Positions 63,808 to 64,000 of a stretch of DNA of 64,000 nt are shown piece after piece. The stretch's first letter is position 1. Every line of letters begins with the position of its first letter. Location: positions 544,001 to 608,000 of the forward strand of contig OZ245006.1 in the NCBI GenBank assembly GCA_965223545.1, written 5' to 3'. The notes below the pieces were generated by a model. It was not told where the DNA came from. It saw only the letters and a program-made list of their open reading frames with translations, and searched no databases. The translations under genes and the position numbers were made by a program. This DNA comes from Planctomycetota bacterium. GTDB lineage: Bacteria; Planctomycetota; UBA1135; UBA2386.

Positions 63808-64000
63808 GGGCGCACCGGCCCGCGACAATCACCACCGGCGGCGCGTTGCGAACACGCTGAGGCTGAATGCGTTCTCCGATCGCGAGCGCCGCGCTTGCCG
63901 CTGCGGCGACACCCTCGTAGTGTCGCCGCCGGGGCGACCCTTCCGTCGGCCACCGGCGAGCGTCGTCCTCTCGCCTCTCGACCCCGGAGGATCCTCGTGC

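Overview
High-GC bacterial DNA. The gene repertoire suggests a Planctomycetota-like organism (inference from ECF sigma/Ser-Thr kinase pairing, an ECF sigma with a long C-terminal extension, and many secreted FG-GAP/Kelch/WD40 proteins). From left to right: (1) nt 1-5700 is a visibly lower-GC accessory block with a membrane protein, an IS66-like remnant and a tightly coupled Ser/Thr kinase - compact SF1 helicase - unknown protein operon (candidate defence system), followed by tRNA-Gly(CCC); (2) a secreted metallopeptidase, a divergent ECF sigma / kinase-WD40 pair and an FG-GAP protein; (3) an ilvD-ilvC-ilvG(B)-ilvM-ilvE operon preceded by an unannotated Val/Leu/Ile leader-peptide attenuator; (4) a ~10 kb block bracketed by two inverted copies of a ~200 bp structured repeat, holding a serine hydrolase, an SDR and a candidate biosynthetic cluster (B12 radical SAM, methyltransferase, adenylate-forming enzyme, FabB-like ketosynthase, two GNATs); (5) a CPA2 antiporter, a kinase, and a run of secreted hydrolases and beta-propeller proteins; (6) an ECF/membrane-protein pair, an NSS transporter and a membrane-tethered ECF sigma. 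Six otherwise unrelated secreted proteins across the window end in a similar C-terminal domain. No CRISPR array, rRNA or integrase was seen. All calls come from reading motifs by eye; no database searches were run.
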